Of a stretch of 64,000 nt of DNA, positions 12,611 through 28,589 are shown piece by piece (the stretch's first letter is position 1; each line of letters starts with the position of its first letter). A program made the position numbers and the translations under genes. Source of the DNA: Eledone cirrhosa (Eukaryota); the NCBI GenBank assembly GCA_964016885.1, contig OZ024759.1, forward strand, positions 9,858,001 to 9,922,000, given 5' to 3'. Below the pieces are notes generated by a model. It had not been told where the DNA came from and searched no databases. It worked only from the letters and a program-made list of their open reading frames with translations.

Positions 12611-13009
12611 TACAGTGTTGGGGGCCAACATTTGAAATAACTTTATCAAGGATTATGGTGGCAAGACAAGGAAAATATTAACAATTCTACAAAAACAATT
12701 TGAAATTTTATTCTCTGAAAAATTTCAATAAAGAAACTGGCAAAAGTGAAAAATTATATACATATATATATACATATATATACATACATATATACATATA
12801 TATATACATATATATATACATATATACATATATATATACATATATATATACATTTATATATACAGATATATATATATATACAGATATATATATATATACA
12901 GATATATATATATATATACAGATATATATATATATACAGATATATATATATATACAGATATATATATATATACAGATATATATATATATATATACATATA
13001 TATATACAG

Positions 13010-13152
<143 letters not shown>

Positions 13153-13178
13153 TATATATATATATATATATATACAGA

Positions 13179-13250
<72 letters not shown>

Positions 13251-13254
13251 CAGA

Positions 13255-13496
<242 letters not shown>

Positions 13497-13540
13497 TATA
13501 TATATATATACAGATATATATATATATATATATACAGATA

Positions 13541-13574
<34 letters not shown>

Positions 13575-13621
13575 CAGATATATATATATATATACAGATA
13601 TATATATATATATATATACAG

Positions 13622-13654
<33 letters not shown>

Positions 13655-13821
13655 AGGAATTGTTTGTTCATTATTTGTTTAATATTTTATCTTGACTCTG
13701 TATACCGTTTATCTTTCACCGAAAGTGGATTTTCATTACATCTCTTCTTTCCATGATATCCGGAATACATTGAGTTCTTCATACGGATTGGACACTACCG
13801 TAAACTCTTGGTAGATTTATC

Positions 13822-13859
<38 letters not shown>

Positions 13860-13978
13860 TATATCTGTATATACATATATATATATATACAGATATATAT
13901 ATATATATATATACAGATATATATATATATATATATACAGATATATATATATATATACAGATATATATATATATATAC

Positions 13979-14087
<109 letters not shown>

Positions 14088-14150
14088 TATATATATATAT
14101 ATATACAGATATATATATATATATACAGATATATATATATATATATACAG

Positions 14151-14237
<87 letters not shown>

Positions 14238-14270
14238 TATATATATATATATACAGATATATATATATAC

Positions 14271-14309
<39 letters not shown>

Positions 14310-14316
14310 TATATAT

Positions 14317-14630
14317 TCGCAACTCATAACAACAATACGGCACAATTATTTCACCTCAATCGGCCCTGCTCTCTTCAACATCACACCAGGACACGTCAAA
14401 ACAGAAACTGACCACACAAAATTCAAGAAGTCTTTGGACAAATTCCTCCAAGTAATCCCGGACAAACCACCCACACCCGGATATGTCTCCGCAAACAGTA
14501 ATTCTCTTCTCGAATGGGCCATGGTGCCCAAATCCTGAATTGAAAGACTTCGCCAGGTGGTGCTATTAAGTTAGACATGGCCTGGGCCAATACTGGCCAA
14601 AACATTTCAAAGTTATTCAAAGTTCAAAGT
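14317..14630 (+). mobile_element. CR1/L2-group LINE 3' end
   Basis: [67 protein letters not shown]...* then (tcaaagt) tail. Confidence 0.8.
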
Positions 14631-14653
14631 TATATATATATATATATATATAC

Positions 14654-14782
<129 letters not shown>

Positions 14783-14815
14783 TATATATATACAGATATA
14801 TATATATATATATAC

Positions 14816-14866
<51 letters not shown>

Positions 14867-14899
14867 TATATATATACAGATATATATATATATATATAC

Positions 14900-15098
<199 letters not shown>

Positions 15099-15143
15099 TA
15101 TATATATATATACAGATATATATATATATACAGATATATATAC

Positions 15144-15226
<83 letters not shown>

Positions 15227-15337
15227 TATATATATATATATATATATATACAGATATATATATATATACAGATATATATATATATATATACAGATATATA
15301 TATATATATATATACAGATATATATATATATATATAC

Positions 15338-15394
<57 letters not shown>

Positions 15395-15435
15395 TATATA
15401 TATATATATACAGATATATATATATATATATATAC

Positions 15436-15544
<109 letters not shown>

Positions 15545-15607
15545 TATATATATATATATATACAGATATATATATATATATACAGATATATATATATATA
15601 TATACAG

Positions 15608-15730
<123 letters not shown>

Positions 15731-15763
15731 TATATATATATATATACAGATATATATATATAC

Positions 15764-15804
<41 letters not shown>

Positions 15805-15811
15805 TATATAT

Positions 15812-16125
15812 TCGCAACTCATAACAACAATACGGCACAATTATTTCACCTCAATCGGCCCTGCTCTCTTCAACATCACACCAGGACACGTCAAAACAGA
15901 AACTGACCACACAAAATTCAAGAAGTCTTTGGACAAATTCCTCCAAGTAATCCCGGACAAACCACCCACACCCGGATATGTCTCCGCAAACAGTAATTCT
16001 CTTCTCGAATGGGCCATGGTGCCCAAATCCTGAATTGAAAGACTTCGCCAGGTGGTGCTATTAAGTTAGACATGGCCTGGGCCAATACTGGCCAAAACAT
16101 TTCAAAGTTATTCAAAGTTCAAAGT
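15812..16125 (+). mobile_element. apparently identical second copy of the CR1/L2-group LINE 3' end
   Basis: Same sequence, offset 1495 bp. Confidence 0.8.
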
Positions 16126-16148
16126 TATATATATATATATATATATAC

Positions 16149-16269
<121 letters not shown>

Positions 16270-16302
16270 TATATATATACAGATATATATATATATATAT
16301 AC

Positions 16303-16355
<53 letters not shown>

Positions 16356-16388
16356 TATATATATACAGATATATATATATATATATAC

Positions 16389-16531
<143 letters not shown>

Positions 16532-16554
16532 TATATATATATATATATATATAC

Positions 16555-16623
<69 letters not shown>

Positions 16624-16646
16624 TATATATATATATATATATATAC

Positions 16647-16699
<53 letters not shown>

Positions 16700-16744
16700 T
16701 ATATATATATATACAGATATATATATATATACAGATATATATAC

Positions 16745-16827
<83 letters not shown>

Positions 16828-16940
16828 TATATATATATATATATATATATACAGATATATATATATATACAGATATATATATATATATATACAGATATAT
16901 ATATATATATATATACAGATATATATATATATATATATAC

Positions 16941-17227
<287 letters not shown>

Positions 17228-17254
17228 CAGATATATATATATATATATATATAC

Positions 17255-17383
<129 letters not shown>

Positions 17384-17446
17384 TATATATATATACATAT
17401 ATATATATATACAGATATATATATATACATATATATATATATACAG

Positions 17447-17517
<71 letters not shown>

Positions 17518-17752
17518 TATATATATATATATATATATATACAGATATATATATATATATATATATACAGATATATATATATATATATATATACAGATAT
17601 ATATATATATATATATATATACAGATATATATATATATATATATATACAGATATATATATATATATATATATACAGATATATATATATATATATATATAC
17701 AGATATATATATATATATATAAATACAGATATATATATATATATATATACAG

Positions 17753-17783
<31 letters not shown>

Positions 17784-17826
17784 TATATATATATATATAT
17801 ACAGATATATATATATATATATACAG

Positions 17827-17857
<31 letters not shown>

Positions 17858-18020
17858 TATATATATACAGATATATATACAGATATATATATATATATAT
17901 ACAGATATATATATATATATATATATATACAGATATATATACAGATATATATATACAGATATATATATACAGATATATATACAGATATATATATATATAC
18001 AGATATATATATATATATAC

Positions 18021-18195
<175 letters not shown>

Positions 18196-18306
18196 TATCT
18201 TTTATCAGCGACCTGATTTGCGTGTGTGTCACTTTAACGGCTTGACCGCATGCGTTGGGCAGGGAGCATAAAATTTACTTGCTATACCTTATAGCGTGGA
18301 AATAGG

Positions 18307-18387
18307 GCTGTCTGAAGATTCATTTCTTTCCATTGGAAATTCGTTGGATTTCCAATCTTTCGGAATGATGAAACCGTCGGTAACAGC
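18307..18387 (+). ncRNA. predicted type I hammerhead ribozyme
   Basis: gctgt-CTGAAGA-[tcattt/gaatga and attggaaat/atttccaat stem II]-GAAA-ccg t cgg-TA-acagc; perfect 5-bp stem I; GUA site. Confidence 0.75.
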
Positions 18388-18459
18388 ATCTGAACAGGTG
18401 ATTATTTAATCATTTTTTAATTTATTTAGAAAATTGTTTAATAACCGTTTGTTTCGCTA

Positions 18460-18495
<36 letters not shown>

Positions 18496-18512
18496 TATAT
18501 ATATATATACAG

Positions 18513-18543
<31 letters not shown>

Positions 18544-18690
18544 TATATATATATATACAGATATATATATATATATATATATACAGATATATATATATAT
18601 ATATACAGATATATATATATATACAGATATATATATATATATATATATACAGATATATATATATATATATACAGATATATATATATATAC

Positions 18691-18727
<37 letters not shown>

Positions 18728-18808
18728 TATATATATATATATATATACAGATATATATATATATACAGATATATATATATATATATACAGATATATATAT
18801 ATATATAC

Positions 18809-18845
<37 letters not shown>

Positions 18846-18996
18846 TACATATATATATATATATACAGATATATATATATATATATATACAGATATATAT
18901 ATATATATATATACAGATATATATATATACACAGATATATATATATATATATACAGATATATATATATATACACAGATATATATATATATATACAC

Positions 18997-19064
<68 letters not shown>

Positions 19065-19614
19065 GTGTATATATATATATCTGTATATATATATATATCT
19101 GTGTATATATATATATCTGTATATATACACTGATATATATTATCTTCGTTTAATATCCATTTTCCATGCTCTGATGGGTATACACAAATATATATATACA
19201 TATACATATATATACACACACGAATATATATATATACATACATATATACATACACAAATATATACATATATATACATATATACATACACAAATATATACA
19301 TACATATATACAAATATATATATATTATATACACAAATATATATATATTATATACACAAATATATATATATTATATACACAAATATATATATATTATATA
19401 CACAAATATATATATATTATATACACAAATATATATATATTATATACACAAATATATATATATTATATACACAAATATATATATATTATATACACAAATA
19501 TATATATATTATATACACAAATATATATATATTATATACACAAATATATATATATTATATACACAAATATATATATATAGCTTGTGACAGGAGACATGAA
19601 TCCCATCAAAATAA

Positions 19615-19616
<2 letters not shown>

Positions 19617-19661
<45 letters not shown>

Positions 19662-20060
19662 GTGGGAGTGTGTGTGTAAGTGGGAGTGTGTATGTGTGTG
19701 TGTGTGTGTGTGTGTGTAAGTGGGAGTGTGTATGTAAGTGTGTGGGGGGAGTGTGTGTGGGGGGGTGTTTGGGGTGGTGGTGGTGTTTGTGTGTGTGTGT
19801 GTGTGTAAGTGGGAGTGTGTATGTGTGTGTAAGTGAGAGTGTGTGTGTAAGTGTATGTGGGGGGAGTGTATGTGGGAGTGTGAGAGAGAGAGAGTGTGTT
19901 TGTGTGTGTGTGTAAGTGTGTATGTAAGTATGTATGTGGGGGGGTGTATGTGTGTGAGAGAGAGTGTGTGTGGGTGGGTGTGTTTGTATGTGGGAGTGTG
20001 TGTGAGAGATAGAGTGTGTGTATGTGATATAGTAAGACCTGGGAGTGTATGTGTGATATA
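19617..20060. repeat. degenerate (TG)n microsatellite
   Basis: Direct reading. Confidence 0.9.
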
Positions 20061-20188
20061 GTAAGGACCCATCAGTAACAATGGCAGTTGTTACCAGCAG
20101 GATGTATCTAGAAGTGACAATAAGTAACCAATGAAAGAGAACAGGAAGACAAACAAATACTGGGGGTTGGGGGGGTGATCCCTCTTCG

Positions 20189-21980
20189 GCCTGGTCACTG
20201 TAGAGACCACAAGCATACTCGGACCCCTACAGCTTGTCTGAGGTCGGACTGGTCACTGTAGAGACCACAAGCATACTCGGACCCCTACAGCTTGTCTGAG
20301 GTCGGACTGGTCACTGTAGAGACCACAAGCATACTCGGACCCCTACAGCTTGTCTGAGGTCGGACTGGTCACTGTAGAGACCACAAGCATACTCGAACCC
20401 CTACAGCCTGTCTGAGGTCGGACTGGTCACTGTAGAGACCACAAGCATACTCGGACCCCTACAGCTTGTCTGAGGTCGGACTGGTCACTGTAGAGACCAC
20501 AAGCATACTCGAACCCCTACAGCCTGTCTGAGGTCGGACTGGTCACTGTAGAGACCACAAGCATACTCGGACCCCTACAGCTTGTCTGAGGTCGGACTGG
20601 TCACTGTAGAGACCACAAGCATACTCGGACCCCTACAGCCTGTCTGAGGTCGGACTGGTCACTGTAGAGACCACAAGCATACTCGAACCCCTACAGCCTG
20701 TCTGAGGTCGGACTGGTCACTGTAGAGACCACAAGCATACTCGGACCCCTACAGCCTGTCTGAGGTCGGACTGGTCACTGTAGAGACCACAAGCATACTC
20801 GGACCCCTACAGCTTGTCTGAGGTCGGACTGGTCACTGTAGAGACCACAAGCATACTCGGACCCCTACAGCCTGTCTGAGGTCGGACTGGTCACTGTAGA
20901 GACCACAAGCATACTCGGACCCCTACAGCTTGTCTGAGGTCGGACTGGTCACTGTAGAGACCACAAGCATACTCGGACCCCTACAGCCTGTCTGAGGTCG
21001 GACTGGTCACTGTAGAGACCACAAGCATACTCGGACCCCTACAGCTTGTCTGAGGTCGGACTGGTCACTGTAGAGACCACAAGCATACTCGGACCCCTAC
21101 AGCCTGTCTGAGGTCGGACTGGTCACTGTAGAGACCACAAGCATACTCGGACCCCTACAGCCTGTCTGAGGTCGGACTGGTCACTGTTGAGACCACAGGC
21201 GTCCTCGGACCCTACAGCCTGTCTGAGGTCGGACTGGTCACTGTTGAGACCACAGGCTTCCTCGGACCCCTACAGCTTGTCTGAGGTCGGACTGGTCACT
21301 GTTGAGACCACAGGCATCCTCGGACCCTACAGCCTGTCTGAGGTCGGACTGGTCACTGTAGAGACCACAAGCATACTCGGACCCCTACAGCCTGTCTGAG
21401 GTCGGACTGGTCACTGTAGAGACCACAGGCGTCCTCGGACCCTACAGCCTGTCTGAGGTCGGACTGGTCGCTGTAGAGACCACAAGCATACTCGGACCCC
21501 TACAGCCTGTCTGAGGTCGGACTGGTCACTGTTGAGACCACAGGCTTCCTCGGACCCCTACAGCCTGTCTGAGGTCGGACTGGTCACTGTTGAGACCACA
21601 GGCTTCCTCGGACCCCTACAGCCTGTCTGAGGTCGGACTGGTCACTGTAGAGACCACAGGCTTCCTCGGACCCCTACAGCCTGTCTGAGGTCGGACTGGT
21701 CACTGTTGAGACCACAGGCTTCCTCGGACACCTACAGCCTGTCTGAGGTCGGACTGGTCACTGTAGAGACCACAGGCTTCCTCGGACCCCTACAGCCTGT
21801 CTGAGGTCGGACTGGTCACTGTTGAGACCACAGGCTTCCTCGGACACCTACAGCCTGTCTGAGGTCGGACTGGTCACTGTTGAGACCACAGGCTTCCTCG
21901 GACACCTACAGCCTGTCTGAGGTCGGACTGGTCACTGTTGAGACCACAGGCTTCCTCGGACCCCTACAGCCTGTCTGAGG
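20189..21980. repeat. 58-bp GC-rich minisatellite, about 31 copies
   Basis: ggactggtcactgtagagaccacaagcatactcggacccctacagcytgtctgaggtc. Confidence 0.97.
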
Positions 21981-22149
21981 AGTCTCACAAGGTGGGGTGG
22001 CTGTTGCACCCCTATAGCTGAGCTCCTCCACAAGATCGGAACATCAGCAGCCTGCTGGGGTGGCTGTTGCAGAGGGTGTCTCTGACCATTGTCTAGAGCA
22101 CAGACACATTACCCCCACGCCCTGGGCCCAGAGCCTGATCACCCTCTTC

Positions 22150-22596
22150 TGTGACACGACAGCCCTTCCCCTCACCCGACACTACAGCCCTCCCCTTCAC
22201 CTGTGACACTACAGCCCTCCACCACACCTGTGACACTGCAACCCTCTACCACACCTGTGACACTGCAGCCCTCTACCACACCTGTGACACTGCAGCCCTC
22301 TACCACACCTGTGACACTGCAGCCCTCTACCACACCTGTGACACTACAGCCCTCTACCACACCTGTGACACTGCAACCCTCCACCACACCTGTGACACTG
22401 CAAACCTCCCCCACACCTGTGACACTACAGCCCTCCACCACACCTGTGACACTGCAACCCTCCCCCACACCTGTGACACTACTGCCCTCCACCACACCTG
22501 TGACACTGTAACCCTCCACCACACCTGTGACACTACAGCCCTCCACCACACCTGTGACACTACAGCCCTCCACCACACCTGTGACACTGTAACCCT
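22150..22596. repeat. 27-bp minisatellite, about 16 copies
   Basis: ccacacctgtgacactrcagccctcya. Confidence 0.95.
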
Positions 22597-22947
22597 TGCC
22601 ATTCCATTCTTTCTTCTCAAACTAATTTACCTCAGTCAATATCTGCTGGTTTGATTGAAAACTTTGTTTTAAAGTGTGAATACTTATAAGGTGACAAACT
22701 GGTAGTCATTGGAATGGTGGATAGAATGTTCTGTGGCAATCATTCCAGCTCTCTCATCTCTCAGTTCAAATCCAATCGAGGTCAACTTTGACTTTCATCC
22801 ATTTTGGGGTCGATAAAAAAAGTACCAGTCTAGTACTGGGGTCAATTCTTCCTCTATATTTCTATCTCCGTTCCATTCTCTCACTCTCTATCCTTCTCTG
22901 GGAGAAATCTGCTGTACTCAGACCTGGAGAAGAGATGGCCTCCGCCA

Positions 22948-23147
22948 GGTTTGGATTGCCAGTATCGGTAGAGGGTCACACGCTATGCTTTCCAGCAAAG
23001 AGTTATGGCCCTTTATGGTCAAAGTTCAAATCCCGCCGAGGTTAACTTTGCCTTTCATCCTTACGGCGTCGATAAAATAAAGTACCAGTAATGCACTGTG
23101 TCATTGCAGGCCTTGTGCCAAACGTAGAAACAATTATTATTATCATT
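22948..23147 (+). mobile_element. SINE family A (older copy at 22690-22850)
   Basis: Same head, core and tail as 9130. Confidence 0.8.
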
Positions 23148-23229
23148 ACAGTTTAATCATTAACTGTCCATTGTGGGTGGCTATGAAACATTTTCTACAC
23201 TCTCTACAATCTTTCAAACAAACTACGAC

Positions 23230-25705
23230 ACCCCACCTAAACAGTTCTGTAGCAACACACCCCTAAACAGTTCTGTAGCAACACACCCCTAAACAGATTT
23301 GTACAACAATCCCTAAACAGTTTTGTACCGATACCCCTCTAAACAGTTTTGTACCGACACCCCATAAACAGTTTTGTATTGACACCACCTTAACAGTTTT
23401 ATACTGACACCCCCTAAACAGTTTTATATTGACACCACCTAAACAGTTTTGTACTGACACCCCCTAAACAGTTTTGTACTGACACCCCCTAAACAGTTTT
23501 GTATTGACACCACCTAAACAGTTTTGTATTGACACCCCCTAAACAGTTTTATACTGACACCCCCTAAACAGTTTTGTATTGACACCACCTAAACAGTTTT
23601 ATACTGACACCCCCTAAACAGTTTTGTATTGACACCACCTAAACAGTTTTATACTGACACCCCCTAAACAGTTTTATACTGACACCCCCTAAACAGTTTT
23701 ATACTGACACCACCTAAACAGTTTTGTATTGACACCACCTAAACAGTTTTATACTGACACCCCCTAAACAGTTTTGTATTGACACCACCTAAACAGTTTT
23801 GTACTGACACCCTCTAAACAGTTTTGTACCGACAACCCCTAAACAGTCTTGTACCGACAACCCCTAAACAGTCTTGTACCGACAACCCCTAAACAGTTTT
23901 GTACCGACAACCCCTAAACAGTTTTATACTGACACCCCCTAAACAGTTTTATACTGACACCCCCTAAACAGTTTTATACTGACACCCCCTAAACAGTTTT
24001 ATACTGACAACCCCTAAACAGTTTTATACTGACACCCCCTAAACAGTTTTATACTGACACCCCCTAAACAGTTTTATACTGACACCACCTAAACAGTTTT
24101 ATACTGACACCCCCTAAACAGTTTTATACTGACACCCCCTAAACAGTTTTATACTGACACCCCCTAAACAGTTTTATACTGACACGCCCTAAACAGTTTT
24201 ATACTGACACCCCCTAAACAGTTTTATACTGACACGCCCTAAACAGTTTTATACTGACACCCCCTAAACAGTTTTATACTGACACCCCCTAAACAGTTTT
24301 ATACTGACACCCCCTAAACAGTTTTATACTGACACCCCCTAAACAGTTTTATACTGACACCCCCTAAACAGTTTTATACTGACACCCCCTAAACAGTTTT
24401 ATACTGACACCCCCTAAACAGTTTTATACTGACACCCCCTAAACAGTTTTATACTGACACCCCCTAAACAGTTTTATACTGACACCCCCTAAACAGTTTT
24501 ATACTGACACCCCCTAAACAGTTTTATACTGACACCACCTAAACAGTTTTATACCGACAACCCCTAAACAGTTTTATACTGACACCCCCTAAACAGTTTT
24601 ATACCGACAACCCCTAAACAGTTTTATACTGACACCCTCTAAACAGTTTTGTACCGACAACCCCTAAACAGTCTTGTACCGACAACCCCTAAACAGTCTT
24701 GTACCGACAACCCCTAAACAGTTTTGTACCGACAACCCCTAAACAGTTTTATACTGACACCCCCTAAACAGTTTTATACTGACACCCCCTAAACAGTTTT
24801 ATACTGACAACCCCTAAACAGTTTTATACTGACACCCCCTAAACAGTTTTATACTGACACCCCCTAAACAGTTTTATACTGACACCCCCTAAACAGTTTT
24901 ATACTGACACCCCCTAAACAGTTTTGTACTGACACCCCCTAAACAGTTTTATACTGACACCCCCTAAACAGTTTTATACTGACACCCCCTAAACAGTTTT
25001 ATACTGACACCCCCTAAACAGTTTTATACTGACACCCCCTAAACAGTTTTATACTGACACCCCCTAAACAGTTTTGTACTGACACCCCCTAAACAGTTTT
25101 GTACCGACAACCCCTAAACAGTTTTGTATTCACACCACCCTAAACAGTTTTGTACTGACACCCCCTAAACAGTTTTGTACCGACAACCCCTAAACAGTTT
25201 TGTATTCACACCACCCTAAACAGTTTTATACTGACACCCCCTAAACAGTTTTGTACTGACACCCCCTAAACAGTTTTGTACCGACACCCCCTAAACAGTT
25301 TTGTATTCACACCACCCTAAACAGTTTTATACTGACACCCCCTAAACAGTTTTGTATTCACACCACCCTAAACAGTTTTGTACTGACACCCCCTAAACAG
25401 TTTTGTACCGACAACCCCTAAACAGTTTTGTATTCACACCACCCTAAACAGTTTTGTACTGACACCCCCTAAACAGTTTTGTACCGACACCCCCTAAACA
25501 GTTTTGTATTCACACCACCCTAAACAGTTTTGTACTGACACCCCCTAAACAGTTTTATACTGACACCCCCTAAACAGTTTTATACTGACACCACCTAAAC
25601 AGTTTTGTACCGACACCACCTAAACAGTTTTGTACCGACAACCCCTAAACAGTTTTGTATTCACACCACCCTAAACAGTTTTGTACCAACACATCAAACA
25701 GTTTA
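23230..25705. repeat. 25-bp minisatellite, about 98 copies, with a 26-bp variant in the right third
   Basis: cccctaaacagttttrtactgacac. Confidence 0.97.
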
Positions 25706-25870
25706 GTACGGGCGTTTCAGGTGGTTTCCTATGAAAGTACCTCATTAACAGGATCGAAAATGGCAATTAGCAGTAATGTAATTATAGAAGAGAGAGGCAA
25801 GAAGTACTTCTAGAAGTGGGGGAACCATGAAAGACTGGACAAGCCACGATAGAGACAAGGAATGATACAA

Positions 25871-26135
25871 ATAATAATAATAATTGTTTCTACTTTTGGC
25901 ACAAGGCCAGCAATTTACCAGTGTATTACTGGTACTTTATTTTATCGACCCCGTAAGGATGAAAGGCAAAGTTAACCTCGGTGGGATTTGAACTCAGAAT
26001 GGCAAGGGCCGTAACTATGCGTCAAAGCATGGCATCCGACCCTCTACCAATACTGCCAATCCACCGCCCACAATATAATAATTGTTTCTACTTTTGGCAC
26101 AGGGCCATCAATTGACCAGTGTATTACTGGTACTT

Positions 26136-26140
<5 letters not shown>
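25871..26140 (-). mobile_element. SINE family A plus partial tail copy
   Basis: Reverse complement of the family A sequence. Confidence 0.8.
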
Positions 26141-26175
<35 letters not shown>

Positions 26176-26402
26176 GAAGACCCTCCCCCCATGCTAATTA
26201 CCAAGGCAAACATCAAGTGATATTACTGTTATTTAATATTAGTAATTTACTATTAATTCCCCCCCAAAATAAAAAAAGATTCTCTCAAGTCCACCATTAT
26301 TCCAGTAGAAATAATTATGTTGTTGTACGTGTGTATATATGTGTACGCATGTATGTGTGTGTACGCATGTATGTGTGTGTGTGTATATGTATGTATATGT
26401 AA

Positions 26403-26433
<31 letters not shown>

Positions 26434-26440
26434 TAAATAT

Positions 26441-26947
26441 ATGTAGAGGTTATACTTAATTTGTTGGGATACAACAAGCAAAATATATTTATAACTGATA
26501 TAAAGCACTCAACAAATTAATTGGAGTAAATATACAATATATTAACAAATGGAAACTATATTTATAAAACCATATTTATTTCATTATACATATTTAAAGG
26601 GCCACCAGAGCAAACTATGGTGCGCTTTCATCAGATAAAATATAATATAGGTTTGTTTTATAAATAAATATTGACATACCCTTAAACAATGCAACCATTT
26701 CTGTTGGAATCTCCTGGATAGTGGATATAAAACTAACCTATATTATATTTTATCTGATGAAAGCGCACCATAGTTTGCTCTGGTGGCCCTTGAAATATGT
26801 ATAATGAAATAAATATGGTTTTATAAATATAGTTTCCATTTGTTAATATATTGAATATTTACTCCAATTAATTTGTTGAGTGCTTTATATCAGTTATAAA
26901 TATATTTTGCTTGTTGTATCCCAACAAATTAAATATAACTTCTACAT
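26441..26947. mobile_element. inverted pair (about 220-bp arms) of a hammerhead-bearing, probably Penelope-like terminal repeat in (TA)n
   Basis: Arms 26441-26661 and 26727-26947 are reverse complements; same family at 58210-58545. Confidence 0.75.
26746..26811 (+). ncRNA. predicted type I hammerhead ribozyme
   Basis: tattttat-CTGATGA-[aag..cacca/tggtg..ctt]-GAAA-tatgta-TA-atgaaata; 8-bp stem I with one GU; AUA site; mirror copy has GAAA changed to TAAA. Confidence 0.75.
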
Positions 26948-27627
26948 ATATATATATTTATATATATATATGTATATATATATATCAGACATATATATAT
27001 ATATATGTGTGTATTGTGTGTGTATATATATATACATATATATATATATACATATGTGTGTATTGTGTGTGTATATATATATATACATATATATATACAT
27101 GTGTGTATTGTGTGTGTATATATATATATATACATATATATATACATATATACATATATATATATATATATGTGTGTGTATATATATATATATATGTGTG
27201 TATTGCGTGTGTATATATATATATATGTATATAGATGGAGGGAGTGTAAGAATAGTCACCAATCAATAAACATAATGAAGGCTTAACAAATCGTCCTTGT
27301 ATTATTATATGTGTGTCTCTGTGTGTGTGTCTGTGTGTGTGTCTGTGTGTGACTGTCTGTCTGTGTGTCTGTGTGTGTGTGTCTCTCAGTATGTCTGTGT
27401 GTGTGTGTCTCAGTGTGTGTGTGTGTCTCAGTCTGTCTGTCTGTGTGTGTGTGTCTCAGTGTGTGTCTCAGTCTGTCTGTCTGTGTGTGTGTGTCTCAGT
27501 GTGTGTGTATGTGTGAGTGTGTGTGTGTCTCAGTGTGTGTGTGTGTGTGTGTATGTATGTGTGTGTGTATGTATGTGTGAGTGTGTGCGTCTCAGTGTGT
27601 GTGTCTGTGTGTGGCTGTCTGTGTGTC

Positions 27628-27658
<31 letters not shown>

Positions 27659-27710
27659 CAGTGTGTGTGTGTGTGTGTGTGTATGAATGTATGTGTGAGT
27701 GTGTGCGTCT

Positions 27711-27743
<33 letters not shown>

Positions 27744-27875
27744 TCAGTGTTGTGTGTGTGTGTGTGTGTGTGTCTCAGTGTTGTGTGTGTGTGTGTATGT
27801 GTGTATGTGTATGTGTGTGTGTGTATGTGTATGTGTGTGTGTGTCTCAGTGTGTGTGTGTGTGTGTGCGTGTGTT
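26948..27875. repeat. (TA)n/(TG)n compound microsatellites
   Basis: Direct reading. Confidence 0.9.
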
Positions 27876-27980
27876 ATCTAAGATGATATAGAAACATCAG
27901 TCAGTTTGCCAAAGGATTGTTAGAAGAGCCTAATGTAAACACCTGAGGGGGGGGGGCTGTCCTTTTGAAGACCTGTCAGA

Positions 27981-28535
27981 GTGGTGGTGGTGGTGATGGT
28001 GGTGGTGGTGGTGGTGATAGTAGTAGTAGTGTTGGTGATAGTAGTAGTGGTGGTGGTGGTGATGGTGGTGGTGGTGGTGGTGATGGTGGTGGTGGTGGTA
28101 GTAGTGGTGATAGTAGTGGTGGTGGTGATAGTAGTAGTAGTGTTGGTAGTAGTAGTGTTGGTGGTGGTGGTAGTAGTAGTAGTGGTGGTGGTAGTGGTAG
28201 TGGTAGTAGTGGTGGTGGTGATAGTGGTAGTGGTGATAGTAGTAGTAATGTTGCTAGTAGTGGTGGTGGTAGTAGTAGTGGTGGTAGTAGTAGTGGTGGT
28301 GGTAGTGGTAGTGGTGGTGGTAGTAGTAGTGGTGGTGGTAGTGGTAGTGGTAGTGGTGGTGGTAGTAGTAGTGTTGCTAGTAGTAGTGGTGGTGGTAGTA
28401 GTAGTGGTGGTAGTAGTAGCGGTGGTGGTAGTGGTAGTGGTGGTGGTAGTAGTAGTGGTGGTGGTAGTAGTGGTGGTAGTAGTAGTAGTAGTAGTAGTCG
28501 TAGTAGTAGTAGTCGTAGTAGTAGTAGTAGTAGTT
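27981..28535. repeat. (GGT/AGT)n trinucleotide tract
   Basis: Direct reading; explains the poly-T, V, G/S and L/P ORFs. Confidence 0.95.
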
Positions 28536-28541
28536 GCAATC

Positions 28542-28547
28542 TTTATT
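28542..28547 (-). terminator. candidate polyadenylation signal AATAAA of the MFSD10-like gene (alternative at 28736-28741)
   Basis: tttatt on + strand about 340 nt downstream of the stop codon; position only. Confidence 0.35.
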
Positions 28548-28589
28548 GAAATATTTCTGAGATAACAAATTGGAAGATATAACATACAA

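Noticed and set aside
13655-13823. Possible further hammerhead in a TA-flanked island
   Set aside because: Only ATGAAGA on the minus strand; no convincing stems I and III.
22151-22654. Mucin-like (TLQPSTTPV)n and (HTCDTAALY)n ORFs ending PFFLLKL
   Set aside because: 27-bp minisatellite open in several frames; resemblance to the MFSD10 C-terminus is on the wrong strand, and the true last exon is at 28884-28996.
20189-25705. Regular repeats suggestive of CRISPR arrays
   Set aside because: Head-to-tail units without unique spacers, no cas genes, eukaryotic context.
23230-25705. CCCTAAA telomere-like motif in the 25-bp repeat
   Set aside because: One motif per unit, not tandem telomeric repeats.
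27920-28585. Poly-Thr, Gly/Ser-rich and poly-Val ORFs
   Set aside because: Trinucleotide tract downstream of the gene end.
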